DNA of 64,000 nucleotides from Lama guanicoe (lineage: Eukaryota). The translations under genes and the position numbers were made by a program. Positions 1 through 13,029 of this stretch are shown here, piece by piece. Each line of letters opens with the position of its first letter. Positions within the stretch are counted from its first letter, which is position 1. The notes below the pieces were generated by a model, which was not told the DNA's origin, searched no databases, and saw only the letters and a list, made by a program, of their open reading frames with translations. The stretch covers positions 2,418,001 through 2,482,000 of the forward strand of contig MU053881.1 of NCBI GenBank assembly GCA_013239625.1, given 5' to 3'.

Positions 1-1469
1 AGAGAGTGGTAGAGAGCTCTGCTCGGGGAGGGGATACTCCCCAACACCACAGCGCAGGAGGAAGCTACCGGCCCTGAACAGGCTGCTGGAGAGGAGAAAC
101 GGACATGAAAAGCACCTCCGGGGGCAGGGTAGGGAGAGTCATCGTCCTGGCTGGGAGAGAGGCAGGCAGGGAGCAGAAGATGACTCTGTCATTTCCTGCC
201 CGGCTGAGTGGGTAGATGGCGACACAGCCAGGCGTAAATAACTGGAAAAACCTTGGCCCACTGCTCGCGCTTAGGGGAGGGCAATATCGGTGACTTCTTG
301 AAAGGTGGGGCTCCTCCGGCAAGCTGAGAGGGCCACACACCCACCCTACCGCAGACCCACGTGTTTGACGACTGCTGTCTGTTGCGGGGCACGGGGCGGG
401 GGTCCATGGCCTAATTGAGCTCCGGTTGCTGTGGCTCAGTGCAAGCAGGGCCATTCGAGGGCTGAGCTGCAGAGCCTCAGTCCTGCTTGGGCCTCTGTCT
501 TCCAGCTGGAACAACAGGAGGCCAGGCTGGCTCTCAGAGGCTGCAAACTGCTGGTCCACGGACCCCTTGGTGTCTTGTAGGTTTCAAACCACCTTTTGCA
601 GACTAGTAAATTTCACACCGACATTGGTATACACCCCCATTGAAGAATCAAAAGCTGGGGGCACACCAGCCATGACTGGTGACATTCTTCAGGCATGGCA
701 CAGTCCACCTATGTCCCCTCTGGGCCCTTCCCTCCATGGCCTCCTGGAACCAGTGGGCACCCACCTTCGGCTCAGGTCATCCCCAGTAGCCCTTCCAGCT
801 CAGTCTGGACCCCGCTCCCACCTCACACACACCTGTCCCGGAGAAGTCTGGTGGCCTGTGGGATCCCAGGCCATATCAAGGACATGACAAGGCCTGGGGC
901 CTTTGATCTGCCTGTTGAGACACTCCCATCAGCTTGGACCTGCGTTCAGTTACAGCTTTTATTAAAAAAGTGCTTTTACTCCCTTCCAAACACAGCCCCG
1001 TTGCTTCACTCTCTTCAGCCCTCCACCCTGTTTCCACGCCTCTGGGCCCTTCTCCCTCCCTGCTGCCTCCTGCCTCTGTAAATAATCGTCTCCTCTGTGC
1101 CTATAATTAGCCCAAAGTAGAATAATTCATAACAAACTTTATTTCTTGTGGCATCTTTCTTGCTAACATGTCGCTGAGCACCTCGCAGGATCAGCAGGAG
1201 GGAAATCAGACTCGGGGAAACAGCTGAGCACCCTCCCTCCATGCTCCCTGCCCCGCTGTCTGCACCCACAGGAGCTGGTGGAGCAGGGACGACCCAGCAT
1301 GTCCTCCTCTGCCAACTGGAGCAGGAGGGTGGGCGCTGGGGCACAGCAGGGTGGATCCAGGGTGTGGGCAACCAATCCAGACACTCTTCCCCAGGTAATA
1401 ATTGTAATAGTAATAATAATAATACCAGCTAATAGTTACAAACTGTTTACTATGAACCCCTGGCTCTGC

Positions 1470-1990
1470 TTTTTAAAAATTGAGGTTGCTTTTTTTTTTT
1501 TTGACATATAAAGTAAAATTCAGCCCCTTTAAATCTACAGTCTGGGGAGTTTTGACAAATGTATCCACCACCACAATAAAGACAGAGAGCAGTTTCATCC
1601 CCTCCAAAATGTTCCCCGAGCCCCTTTGTTATCAATCCCTCTGCCAACCCCAGCAACCACTGATCTGCTTTCTGTCACTACAGTTTTGCTTTTTCTAGAA
1701 TCTCATAGAAATGGAATTATACAGTACGCAGTCTTTTGTGCCCAGCTTCTTTCACTGAACACAATGCCCGTGAAGTTCATCCATGTTGTCGCCTAAATTG
1801 GCAGTTGGTTCCTTTTGATGGCCGAGCAGTATTCCATTATATGAATGGACTGCGGCTTGTTTATCCATTCACTGGTGCTGTTTCTAGATTTTGATGATCA
1901 CACAACAGCCTTGGTGGGCACGTCCTCATTTCTCATGGGAATAAGATTGCGAAGGCAAACAGGAAGCATGTGTTTAACTTGAAAAGAAAT
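1470..1990 (-). mobile_element. L1M (L1MB-like) 3' fragment
   Basis: CAACCACTGATCTGCTTTCTGTC, AATGGAATTATACAGTA, CTTCTTTCACT, TTCATCCATGTTGT. Confidence 0.8.
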
Positions 1991-2029
1991 TCTTTGTTTC
2001 ATATACTATACATATTTATGTATAACATC

Positions 2030-2190
2030 TCAGTTAATTCTCTCAACTTTATGAGTTAGGTACTATCATTATCCCCATTTTACAGGTGACAAACTGAGGC
2101 TCAGAGAGGCAACGTAACTTGCCCAAGGTCACATTGCTAGACATGGCAGAGCCAGATATCTGGCTCCAAAGTCTTTGCCCTAAGGTCCTG
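2030..2190 (-). mobile_element. MIR SINE
   Basis: Core CCCCATTTTACAG...AAACTGAGGCTCAGAGAGG...AACTTGCCCAAGGTCACA. Confidence 0.85.
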
Positions 2191-2593
2191 GCTATACTGC
2201 CACTCACAGGTTTCCTGGGCTCAGCCCTAGGCAAGGCCTGGGGTGGTGGGCAGAGCTCTGACCTGGGAGCTGAAGGCCTGAGTCTGAGTCCCAGTCCGCC
2301 TGGCTAGCAGTGTGCCCACATAAGTCCCTCTGACTCTGGTGCATAACTGGCTGCAAAGGGCACCCACAACTGCCTGCGTCACCGAGAACCCTGTGGTTAG
2401 AAGGAAATAAATTGAAGCAGATATTTGGTGCCCCCTATAACTTCAGCTCTGTGATCACTACCATGCTGTCCTGACCCCAAGTTTAGCAGAAGTGATAAGA
2501 AGGGTTCCTGGCACTCCCACTGCCTGCCATGGCTTTCAACACACAACCAAGTCACACTGCATCCATTCAATGCCTGGTCGTTCACCCTGTCTC

Positions 2594-2957
2594 TGCTATA
2601 GACGGAAAGTTTGTGTCCTTCCCAAATCTTTATGTTGAAATCCTAACCCCCAATGTGGTGGTATTAGTAGGTAGGCCTTTGGGATGTGATGACGTCACGT
2701 GGGTGGAGCCCTCATGAATGGGATTAGTGCACTTGTAGAAGAGACCCCACAGAGCTCCCTCGACCTTTCCACCACGTAAGGACACAGAAAGAAGACGATG
2801 TCTACGAACCAGGAAGCAGGCCCTCACCAGACACCAAATCTGCCAGTGCCTTGAGCTTGGACAGATCTCACAGCCTCCAAGACTAAAAGAAATAAATTTC
2901 TGTTTACAAGACACCCAGTCTGAAGTATTGTTTCAGCCACCCAAATGGACTGCGACG
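2594..2957 (+). mobile_element. MLT1A-like LTR
   Basis: TATGTTGAAATCCTAACCCCCAATGTG, GGTGGAGCCCTCATGAATGGGATTAGTGC, GCCCTCACCAGACACC, AATAAATTTCTG. Confidence 0.88.
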
Positions 2958-2971
2958 CCCTCTGGTGGATG
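2953..2971 (-). promoter_or_regulatory. Candidate CTCF motif
   Basis: Minus strand CATCCACCAGAGGGCGTCG matches the CTCF core CCACCAG(G/A)GGGCG. Confidence 0.55.
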
Positions 2972-4479
2972 GAGTTTTCCAGTGAGGGAACAAAAGCCCA
3001 GACACCCAGAGCAAGGGAATCAGAGAGGAGCAGCTCTCCCCTCCTCGGCCCTCAAGGCCAGTGGGGGAGCCCAGGAAGAGGACAAAAGTGGGGAGGCAGG
3101 AAGCTCTCCCCAGCCCACCCCCACCTGCCTTGCACAGCTGTCCATGTGGGGTGACCTGGGCAGGTCTCTCTGTCATCAGGTCCTGTTTGTCCCACTGAAG
3201 GATGAGATTTCTCTGAAGTTGACCTGGACGTAATAAATCCCTTTGGTTAGTGATTTAGAAGATGACTGGCAGGGAGGCCTGGGACAAGAAGCCTCCCTCT
3301 TGTCCTGCCCACGAGCTGCCTCTAGGAAGTGTTCACAGGGCTCATGGGGGACAGAGAATCCCCACTAGTCGCTCACATGAGCCCTTGGCCACCCTGAGCT
3401 CAGCTCCGGGCCTGCAGCAGGGTGAGGGTCCCCGTGAAATGGAGAAAGAGATCAGGACGGAGATGTGGCCACCCCCTTGCTGAGCCCAACTTGTAATTAA
3501 AACAAGAGCATGAAGGGAAAAGTGCTGATGGGAGTGTTACGTCATTGAGGGAAGCTGTAAGGCTCGGTGGAGGGGAAGAATAATGGCTCTGGCCCCTCCT
3601 CAGACTCACAGCTCAGCCCCTGTCACTGCACCCCCTCGCAATTGCACCCCAACCCCTCAACCCTGTGCCTCTGAGTTTCTTCCCTCCTCCCTCTGACACT
3701 CAGCTCCAGTCTCCCTTCTCTTAAATCAGCAGGCTCCTTACAAGTCCTTCTCTCCGCACCATCTCCCCCACCCCTGGCCAGTGCCAGAGTTACCCAAAGA
3801 AGGTTAACACTGAGTAGAAGGAGGAGGTAGTGAAGCCACAGTGGGGATGCAGGGTGCTGACTGCTTCCCAGCTTGTCTCCTGGGACTCCCACTGACAGTC
3901 CCCCAGGTGCCTCTACTCTCAGGCTGAGCCACCTTTGGCACATTCTCTGCCTTCCTGTCACATTTGGACTGGCTCTGCCAGGGAAGCTTTAGGGGCTAAG
4001 ACCCTACCCACAGACTGGGCAAGACCAAGCTTTCACTGGGGGTGACAGCAGGGGACAGCCCAGGCTGTGTAGACCCGGGCACCAGGGACAGCCCTGGGCC
4101 TGCCCAGCCAGCCGGCCCTCTCAGCCTGCCTGCGGCTCAGTGATGCTGTTATCTCACCCCACTGAGCCAGTGTGACAGCAGCCATCCATCACCCAGCTCC
4201 AGCACAAGTGCCCTGGGATGCATGTCCACTCCCCTCACTGCCAGCAGATCAGGGAATGGTGAGCAGACAGACGGGAGAAGTAAGCACAGTGCTAGGAGGG
4301 ATCAGAGGAGGCAGGCATGACTCCTTAAAGGGAGTGATGGGAGCGGTGTTGGGAAGGCAGTAGCACTTGAGAAGGGCCTTGAAGGTGGTTCAGGGTATCA
4401 GTAGGTGGGATAACAGGAGACCAGCAGGTGCAAAATCACAGAAGCAGAAAAGAAAATAGCACATTCAATGACTGGACAC

Positions 4480-5030
4480 CTGTTGGCTGCCTTTCCAGCC
4501 TCCATCTCCCCCATTCTCTCAAAAGCAGCTCCATTTCTTTGGGGATCCCCTCTGTTTCATGTTCAGCCATGTGGTTTGGCTATAAATGACCCCCTCCCCA
4601 GCTCCAGGAGGCAGCCCTGATTGGCTTAAGTCAGTTGTCTCTCTGCTCTGGCTGTGGTGATTGCTTTGGGAGAGGAATGGGAGACAGTCAATGAGGTCCT
4701 TGGAGACATTGGCTTCCCTGAATGGTGTGGGGTGAGGATGTGGGGACTGGGCTGCTGCAGACATTTTGTTACCAAGACAGGGAGGGTGTGGAGCTGCTGG
4801 AGGCTGCCCTGAGGAGGCTAGGATGTAGTCGACAGACACCAGAGAAGGCAGAGCAGAGAAATAGAGAGAGCAGTTCCAGACAATGTTTGAGCCAGTGGAT
4901 CAAACCTCGCCCAAAGTCAGCCATAACTTTGGGCTTTCCAGTTACAAAAGCCAATAACATTCACTTACTGCTTAGGTCTGTTTGAGTTGAGTTTTCTGTC
5001 ATATTGCAACCAAAAGATTCTTAACTAAGC
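4480..5030 (+). mobile_element. Old MLT1 LTR
   Basis: TTTCCAGTTACAAAAGCCAATAA and the terminal GAGTTTTCTGTCA...GCAACCAAAAGATTCTTAACTAA. Confidence 0.7.
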
Positions 5031-5603
5031 ATCCAGCTTGGCTGGAGTGTAGGAAGCATGAAAAGAGAGTAAGAAGATAGGACTGGCAAGATGGATGAAG
5101 AACGTTTTACCAAGAGGTTTGAATGACAGGTTGGGGGCCTCCTATTTATTTCCACAGGGACCAGGAACCAATGGGGTATGACTAGATCACACTGGGTTCC
5201 TAGAATCCTAAACCACTCTCTGAATTGGTCTCACCAATCCCTATTTCCTACCTCTCCAGCTCCCTTCCACCAGAGTGAAGCCTCAGAATCAGGTTTGCAA
5301 GAAGGCATAATCTGCTCACCCTCCATGGCCTGCTGGGCGACCTTGGCTGGAACACGCTCTGGGAATATCAGTGGAAACCCATGGGGCAGGAGTCTGCACC
5401 CCGGAGAATGGAGGCTTGGCGGGGCAAGTATTTGCTTCGTTCAGTAATGTGCTGCCAGCATGTAAAATAGTTACTGGCACATAATAAGTAGATGGTCAAT
5501 AAATCTTGGCGAATGGATAAATGAATTCTCCGGGGGTGGTGGCGGAAGTAGGCAGCAGAGGTTGGAGAGGCTCAGGCCCAAGAGCTGGAGGAGGCACCGC
5601 GTG

Positions 5604-5706
5604 GGGGTTGTCCATGGTCCTGAAAGCACTGCCGCACCAAGGACCGCTATCCGTGGTGCTGAAACAGAGCCCACAGCTTGCTTCACGGCCTATCCGTGGT
5701 GACTTG
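5604..5706 (-). promoter_or_regulatory. Tandem RE1/NRSE (REST) motifs
   Basis: Minus strand TTCAGGACCATGGACAACCCC (5604-5624), TTCAGCACCACGGATAGCGGT (5643-5663) and degenerate CAAGTCACCACGGATAGGCCG (5686-5706), against consensus TTCAGCACCACGGACAGCGCC. Confidence 0.8.
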
Positions 5707-8700
5707 GAAAGAGCTCAAAGCATCTTAGGAACCAAGGGGAAAGCAGACTCCATAACCTTGCCTCCTCTGCTAGTGCCAGTCCCCCAAGACCTTCTGCATG
5801 AGACAGATAACCTGGCACAGATCCAAGCAGGCCTGTTTCCTGATAGTGACCCTGTCCTCAGGGTGGATATCAGTCTGTCCTCCTGTACCTAAGCTCTCCA
5901 GGGTTGTGGGCCCCTGAAGGGTTCAAACGTCAGCATCTATTCAACCAGCCTCTGCTGGGGACCCTGGGAGAGGCATCCAGGCAGAGACGGGTTCTGGGCA
6001 GGCAGCCGGAGAGAGAAGCTGCATGCCAACAGCATTACTCGGAGGGCCTGGCAGGAGATTCCAGTCCTCACTGGCTCAAGGGCACTGCCAGACAAGGTGC
6101 CTGTGCTAGAAGGCAGTACATGGTGGGTGGTGGTGGCTGCTCTGTGATGACAGGTGAGATGGCAGGGGCAAGCTGGAGACACAGGTCAGCAGTGAGAGTG
6201 GAAATCTGTGAGTGGGACTAGGGAACTCATGGAATGGAATTTAACAGGGGTGTGGGAGCAGCAATAGGGGTGACCGACTAGGGAGGAAGTAAAGGGAATT
6301 TTAGAACAGAGATGGACTGGTGAGAGGGGCACCATCCTCACCAGATAGGAACAATCTAGTCCTAAACACAGACTCCTACACACATCCAGAGACAGGACTA
6401 CAGGTTGTTAGGTCTGGTCCAGGAGTTTGGCTCTGCTGGGGACTTCCTCTCTGACATCATCCTCACAGGGTGGAGGCCTCCTAACATTCTAATTTTGCCT
6501 AAGAACCACTCTGATTCTGCCATCCATGAACTTATCTAAACCTTTCTGGAAGCAATTTATATTTCCAGCCTGTATCACCTCTAGGGAAATGATTTTCAAA
6601 GTTTATTCCCTGCTGAGTGCAGCAGGATTTCCTGTTATTGGTTTTAAACTTACCTCTCCTGAGTTTTGGTGGGGGCCAGGAGTGGGGAGGGGTTCATTCC
6701 GTCAGACTGGGATTTAGTAAAGAAGTCATGTTCCCTTCTCTGTGCCCTTTCTGATTTTATAGATTTCTACCATATTCCCTCTTCGCCTCTTTCTGTACAC
6801 TGAAGTTGTCCCAGGTGGGCTAGAATGACTTTATATGACAGTTCCCCTCTCATCACAACTCTCTTGATTACAACCACATGCAGCTGTACTGAACTTTACA
6901 GTTACCTACACATCGTCATCTGAGTGAGACCGCAGACTCTCCCACCCTCTGAAGCAGGCCGCCAGGGAGCACAACCTCCATTTCACAAACTGAGGGTCAA
7001 GGAAGGGAAATGAATTACCCAGATCATGTGAGTCTGTAATAAAACCGAGGCTTCCCCCACCAATTTGGGGCTGGTGGTCTCCTAAGGAGACATGACCTCC
7101 AGCACCCCAGACTGTTGGATGCAAGTATACCTCACTCATGTACTGGGAGAAGAGAACGTTTACAGCTTCTTTCAAATTCCCTTTCCAACCATGTCCAGCT
7201 TTCTACTGCCCTTCTGAGTCCTTCCTTGGGAATGAAACTCCAAATACCCTCCCCCAGACACCATCCACATCATTTCCTCCAAACTCAAACTTGCTGGCCA
7301 TTCTCTGCCCAGTCAACTGCCTGTTAAGATAAGAGTTGCCTAAAGCTTATCCCTCATGAGCCTGGCATTTGACTACCACCCAGGAGAGTTTAGATTCAAC
7401 TGCTAACTTGGTGATTTCACTGTACACATCCTCTTCCAGATCTTTTATTTAAATGTTAAAAAAAAAGATTAGCTTCAATTCTTGGCGGAGCTCACATCTT
7501 ACACTTCTCTACCCAGAAGACTGTTTATTCATTCAGACCTTTTGTTTCCTTTCTTTGTCAGCTCCTTAACTTCCAGATGAATCCATTTTTTAAGACATAC
7601 GTATCTGTGAGACCCACAGCCCAGAATACTTAGGATGCACACAGTTGGAGGACACACACACACTCTTTATCAAGGCACCCATTTATACCAATGCTGGTGC
7701 CTCCACACTCATGCTCAGGCACACAAGTGTTTTCCCCACAGCACATTTCTCTCCACACTCACTCACACACCTGTCCATTGAGGAGAAACTTGGCTCTGTT
7801 CTTTGAGGAACCCAGTTCTTTCATATGTTTGACAGGATGGAAGGGGACGGAGCCAGGCAGGGAAATGCCAGCACATGAGAGAAATGGATCAGAGGCTCTG
7901 GAGCATCTGGAACTGTTGGGAGGGGATCAGGGAATTTCCTGAAATTTGGACCAGGGTGGTTAGAGAATCCTGGATGAGGACCTCTCTCAGCTATGGGCAG
8001 GGCTGGCTGCCCAGCTGTCTCCACCCGGGAGCATTCCTGTGAGTCCCATACACTGAGCACACACCAGACCAGGCAGGCAGCCTCTGTTCACACTTAGAAG
8101 AGCAGGTAGCCCTGAACCCCCAGGAGCTAGCCTTGTGGGGCAGGCATCCCGGCTTCCCAAGCAGGCAGTGAGGTCACCTTCACCCATGGGCACACCGTTC
8201 CTCCATCACACCAATGCTGTTGTCTGCCTCCAGGTGTACAAGGCAGCCCCTGGCCAGAGGCCCTATTCCCAGGCTCATATGATGTGTGAGAACATCTGTC
8301 ACCCCACCAAGCCACCCTGAGACCATCTCTCTCCCTGGCCATGCTGCCTGTAGAGGGTAGGGGTTGCCCACAGAGTCAGGTGGGGACCTGGAATTCCTCA
8401 GTGTTTTCATGAGAAGCAGCTGCTGCCTGAAATCCCAAAGGGGTGATGACTCCCTGCCTAGAGAGTTATACAAGCACCAACAAGGACCCAGAGCACTGCC
8501 ATCCACCTCTCACACTCCATGCTGCCTTGGGGCTGCCACACTGGCCCGCCGGCCCTAGTCGCCTGGCACAGGGTGGGCCCCGCCGGCCAGCCACTCTGGC
8601 CCAGCTATAGGGATGGAACACACCGAGGCTGGTCCCTGCCAGAGCCCTCACTCAGAGAACTGGGACGAATGAAGGAGGGACACTGCCAAATTAAACTATA

Positions 8701-11464
8701 ATTAGGGAACCATCTCCCAGCACCTAGGGATAGCTTCTCCCCGGGAGGGCACAGTGGGGAGCTCAGACTCCTGCAGGGGCACAGGCAGTGGGTGACAGGG
8801 AGGGTGGGAGGCACTTATGCTGCTGGATAGATCTGTCTGTGAGCCAGCAGGGCCCTGCTCCCTTCTGCATCTGACCTGCTACTTGGGAGTTCAGAAGTCA
8901 GATCCCTCTTGCTCTCTTTTTTGTCCTCTCCTGGCATTTTTCTTCCCCTCACAGTCCTCAGAGAAGGCTCCATAGAAAGATCTTTAAATGAATGGCCCCT
9001 CCCGGGCCCTGGGGAATATATTAGAGTTCTAAAGTGATGGCCAAAATGGGGGAAGTAATCCAGGGAAGACAGGGAAACATATTGGGCAGACTGGGCTGCT
9101 AATGCCAACCATGCATCTCGGCAGGGCTGGGGAGCTGTGGGCCACTTCTCACAGGCAGACAGGACAGGGACAGAGGGGAGGGGAGAGAAGGGGGGACCTC
9201 GTCTCAGCTCCTTCTTCATTCTCCTCTGCACTCCCGACAATGTGCAATTATTTCATTTCTTCATTTGTTCCCTGGCTCGTTGCCCATCTCCTCCACTAGA
9301 ATGCTAGCTATGGGAGGGTGTGCAGCCAGCTATATCGTACTTTCCAGCATCTCCAGGGTCCAGCTCAGACCCTCCCCCCATCCCACATCCCTTGTAGAGA
9401 TGGTGCTTAACAGTCATTCGTTGAAGACCTGAATTGAGAAGAACAAATGTGTGGGTGAGTGAATGAATGAATGAGCAAGCCCACCCAGGGCAGACCCACA
9501 GCTGGCACCCAAGTTCATCCGGAGACGAAGCCAGGCCCCTGAGGTTGCTCAGAGAAGCCCCACTCAAGTCCCTCAGCAACAGTCTGAAGATTCCCTCAAG
9601 TTGGGCTCCACTCCACGCAGACGTGGCCCCAGCCCCAATATTCCTGCTGCTCCCTGGGCCTTGGCCGTGTCCTGGAGGCAGGAGTGCCCATCCCTCGTGC
9701 CAGCCCCGTGCTTGGCACTGGGCATGAAAGAGGAGATCTAGAAAGGTCTGAGTCCCCGCAGAGGCCAGCCCTGTGCAGACCCTGGATGCTCCCCTCACTC
9801 CTCCTCTATCCAAGCGGTGACAAGCCCTGCTTGTCCACCCTCACCCCAGCTGGACCTGGCCCTGCCACGCGGGGATGCAGCCTTGTCAGCCCTCACCTGG
9901 ATCATTCTGGTACTGAGTTTTTCTCCCTCACCTATCGATCCGCCACTGGGCCACTATGATCCTTCTAAAACCCAGATCTGATCACATGGCTTTCCGGATT
10001 TAAAATTGTCAGCAGCTCCCTGCTATCTCCAGACTGGCTCAGAACCCCTTGATGTGGCATTAAGGGCTTTACGTAATGTGGACTCGACTTATCTTCACAG
10101 CCTCAGCCTCTACCACCATTACCATGGTAACCGCAAAGACAGCAGCTAATGGGTCCCAAGCTCTCGCCACCACACCCTGCCCTGAGCCTCGCACTATGAC
10201 GTGGGCCTATTTGAGCCTCACATCCTATAGCATAGGCGGTCGCTGTCCCCATTGTACAGATGAGGAAAGTTATGTGTAACTAAAGCAGCGAAGTGATTTG
10301 CTCCAGGTTGAACAGAAATAACAAGAATTATTATTAGAGCTAAAATGTTTGGGGTGTGCACTCTATTCCTGGCACTGTTCCAAACACTTCACAACTGTTA
10401 CTCCAGCTTTGTCTTCAGAGCCGCCCTCTGAAATCACACTGCCAGCCAAACGCCTGACTTCTCTGTGCCTCGGTTTCCACATCTGTACAACGGGGAGCAT
10501 CATGACAGCACCTGCTGAAAGCTCTGTTGTGAAGCTTCAGTGAGACAATGTGAGAAAGCACAGGCTGGTTCCCGAGCAGGGGCATGCCACGACGGGCTTT
10601 AGAAAGACACAGGCACAGTAGTGGGGCCGGGTTGGCTGAGGGGAGGACAGGTGAGGACCTCTGTCAGGAGGTGGCAGTCAGGCTCTGGGAGGTAGAGGCG
10701 GCAGAGGAGGAGGAGACAGGTGTGAGGTTATAGGGCTTGTGGGAGGACCAGCTCTGGGCAGTGCAGGAGCCCAAGATGGTACCCAGAGCGCTGAGCCTGT
10801 CTGGCTGGAGGATGCGGGGGCCACAGCAGAGCAGGGTGGTGGGGAGAAGGCTTATTTAGGGAGAAGACCCATGTGCCAGCCCTAGCCCAGCACTGGCGTG
10901 TCTTGTATGGAGTAGAAAGAGAGGCTGATCCAAGGTTCAGCCTGCAGGGGACGCAGCTGCCAGGACACTGCTGTGTCTGTGCTGTCTCAAGCATTCCAGG
11001 GCTCAGACCGCAAGAACCCCTGCTGTGTCGGGAGAAAGTGACAGACCGCGCCTCTGGCGTTGGAGACCTGGCCCCAGCGGGGAGGGGGGCCCTGGGGGCT
11101 CCGTACCAGCTGACTGGAGTTGCCAGCTGCAGTCCCATAAATCGCATCCTGGCCCAGGCTGGCAGCCCATTAACATGAAAGATTTTATCGCACTTTACAA
11201 CCTCCCTGTCTTGTACGGCGACAGCAGGTAATTAAAACAATAATTGTTTTCTGATGTTGCTTCTGCTGAACGATAAAAGCTTCCAGTTATTTTCCTTTTG
11301 CTGGGGTCGGTGGGGGAGGAGTCTGAAATGGGGGTGCGGGGGTGGGGGGCAGAGCCATAGAAGTTTGGGAGGTGCAGAAGGGTGAGGCAGGGGTTCCGGT
11401 GTGGCCCCCGCAGAGCAAGGCCTGCAGGGGCCTGATTTCCACTTGGCAAAGCTCTGAGCATGTC

Positions 11465-11546
<82 letters not shown>
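11465..11546. repeat. Compound (CT)n(CA)n microsatellite
   Basis: Directly visible. Confidence 0.97.
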
Positions 11547-11549
<3 letters not shown>

Positions 11550-13029
11550 GCCAGAGCACACTGTATATGTGTCCCTTGCAGGTCTGTCCTTCATGCTCAG
11601 ACCTTAGCTGCTCCGTGAACTGCCCGGAGAGGGCTACCTTGCCTGGGAGCCCCAGGGAGGGGAGAAAGGGTCTGGCTAGGAAGGCTGGCAGCAGCTGGGT
11701 CCTGGAGGAGCTGGTCTGTCCAGAGCACGAGGGCGCCCTCAGTGGCTCCCATCCACTAGGAGAGGGAGGCACAAACAGGCTGTAAAGAGTGGGAGTGATG
11801 AGGAAGGGTGGAGGGGATGGAGGCTTGTGAGCAGCAGCCCTAGTGCTAATGAACTTGTACTTCCCGGGTGCCTGGAAGCCAGCCCAGCAGAGGTGGCTTG
11901 CGTGAGAGGGCTGGGGTCCCTCAAGTTCCAGAGACAGTGAGACTCAAGGATAAGAGGATGCATGGTACAGTGAAGGGTTTCCTGTGCCCCCTGAATAATT
12001 GTCTATCCCCTCTCCCTTCCATCTATCCATCCACCTGCACACCCACCTACCCCTCCACCTACCCATTTACCCACAGGCATCCATCCACCCCTTTCCACCC
12101 TTCCGCCCATCTGTCCATCCGTCCAACAAATACTGAGCTTCTACTTCGTGCCAGGCACTGTTCTAGGCACAAGGGACAAAGCAGTGAGCAGGCCATGGCC
12201 CCTCAAGAAACTTACACCCTAATGTGGCGGAAGTAGAACATACGTGAATGTGTCAATACAGAAGGCCCTCTCCGTCGCTGGTGAGCCCCACAAAGAGGCA
12301 AAGACGGAACGAAAGGCTGCTGCTTGACGTTAGGGGACCAGTCTCCACCCCCTACCCTGCGACTTGCCCTCTTTGCCTCACGCCGTGGAAGCCCAAGCTG
12401 GGTGGGCACAGGTGGGCGTGGGATGGTGACTGGTGTGATCTCTGCTCGTGCTGGTGCCTACGAATGACATCACACCTGGGAGCTCCCCCGCCCCGCCCCC
12501 GCCACCCCCCAGGCCTGCAGTAAATCACCCTGATGCTTTAAAACAAATACTTCTTAATCACTAAAAATTGAAATGATTTCATGTGAAAATGTTAATGTAT
12601 TCGGAATCACAGCCGCGCACTGCGTCTGACAAATTAGCACCCAGCCCGCCGCATTGTTTGTAGCTACATTTATCCTGGTGATGAAACACACACACAAAAT
12701 GGAGCAGAGGGGCGGTGAGGGCAGCTCCCCGGCTGGGGGCATGTGCAGAGGGAGAGGGGAGGGGTGGAGGGAAACAGGGTCCCCCAGGGCAAAGAGAGGC
12801 CCAGCCCTTCCCTGACAGCCAGCCGGACCCACTGCTTGCTGCAGGGCTGCGGGCCCCCAGCTGCCCCAGTCCCCGGGACCCGCCCTTTAATGCCCATCCT
12901 GGGCCATGTAAGCCACACCTGGCAGGGCTGGCCGGCCCGGCAGCAGCCCCCACATGAACTCAGGCACCAGAAAAGCTGGAGCACCAAGAGAGGGGAAAAA
13001 CAGCTTTGCAAGAATTTAATATTTCAAAG

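Noticed and set aside
5604..5706. CRISPR-like repeat-spacer reading of the ~40-bp periodic motif
   Set aside because: Mammalian context, only three imperfect copies, no cas genes. The motif matches RE1.
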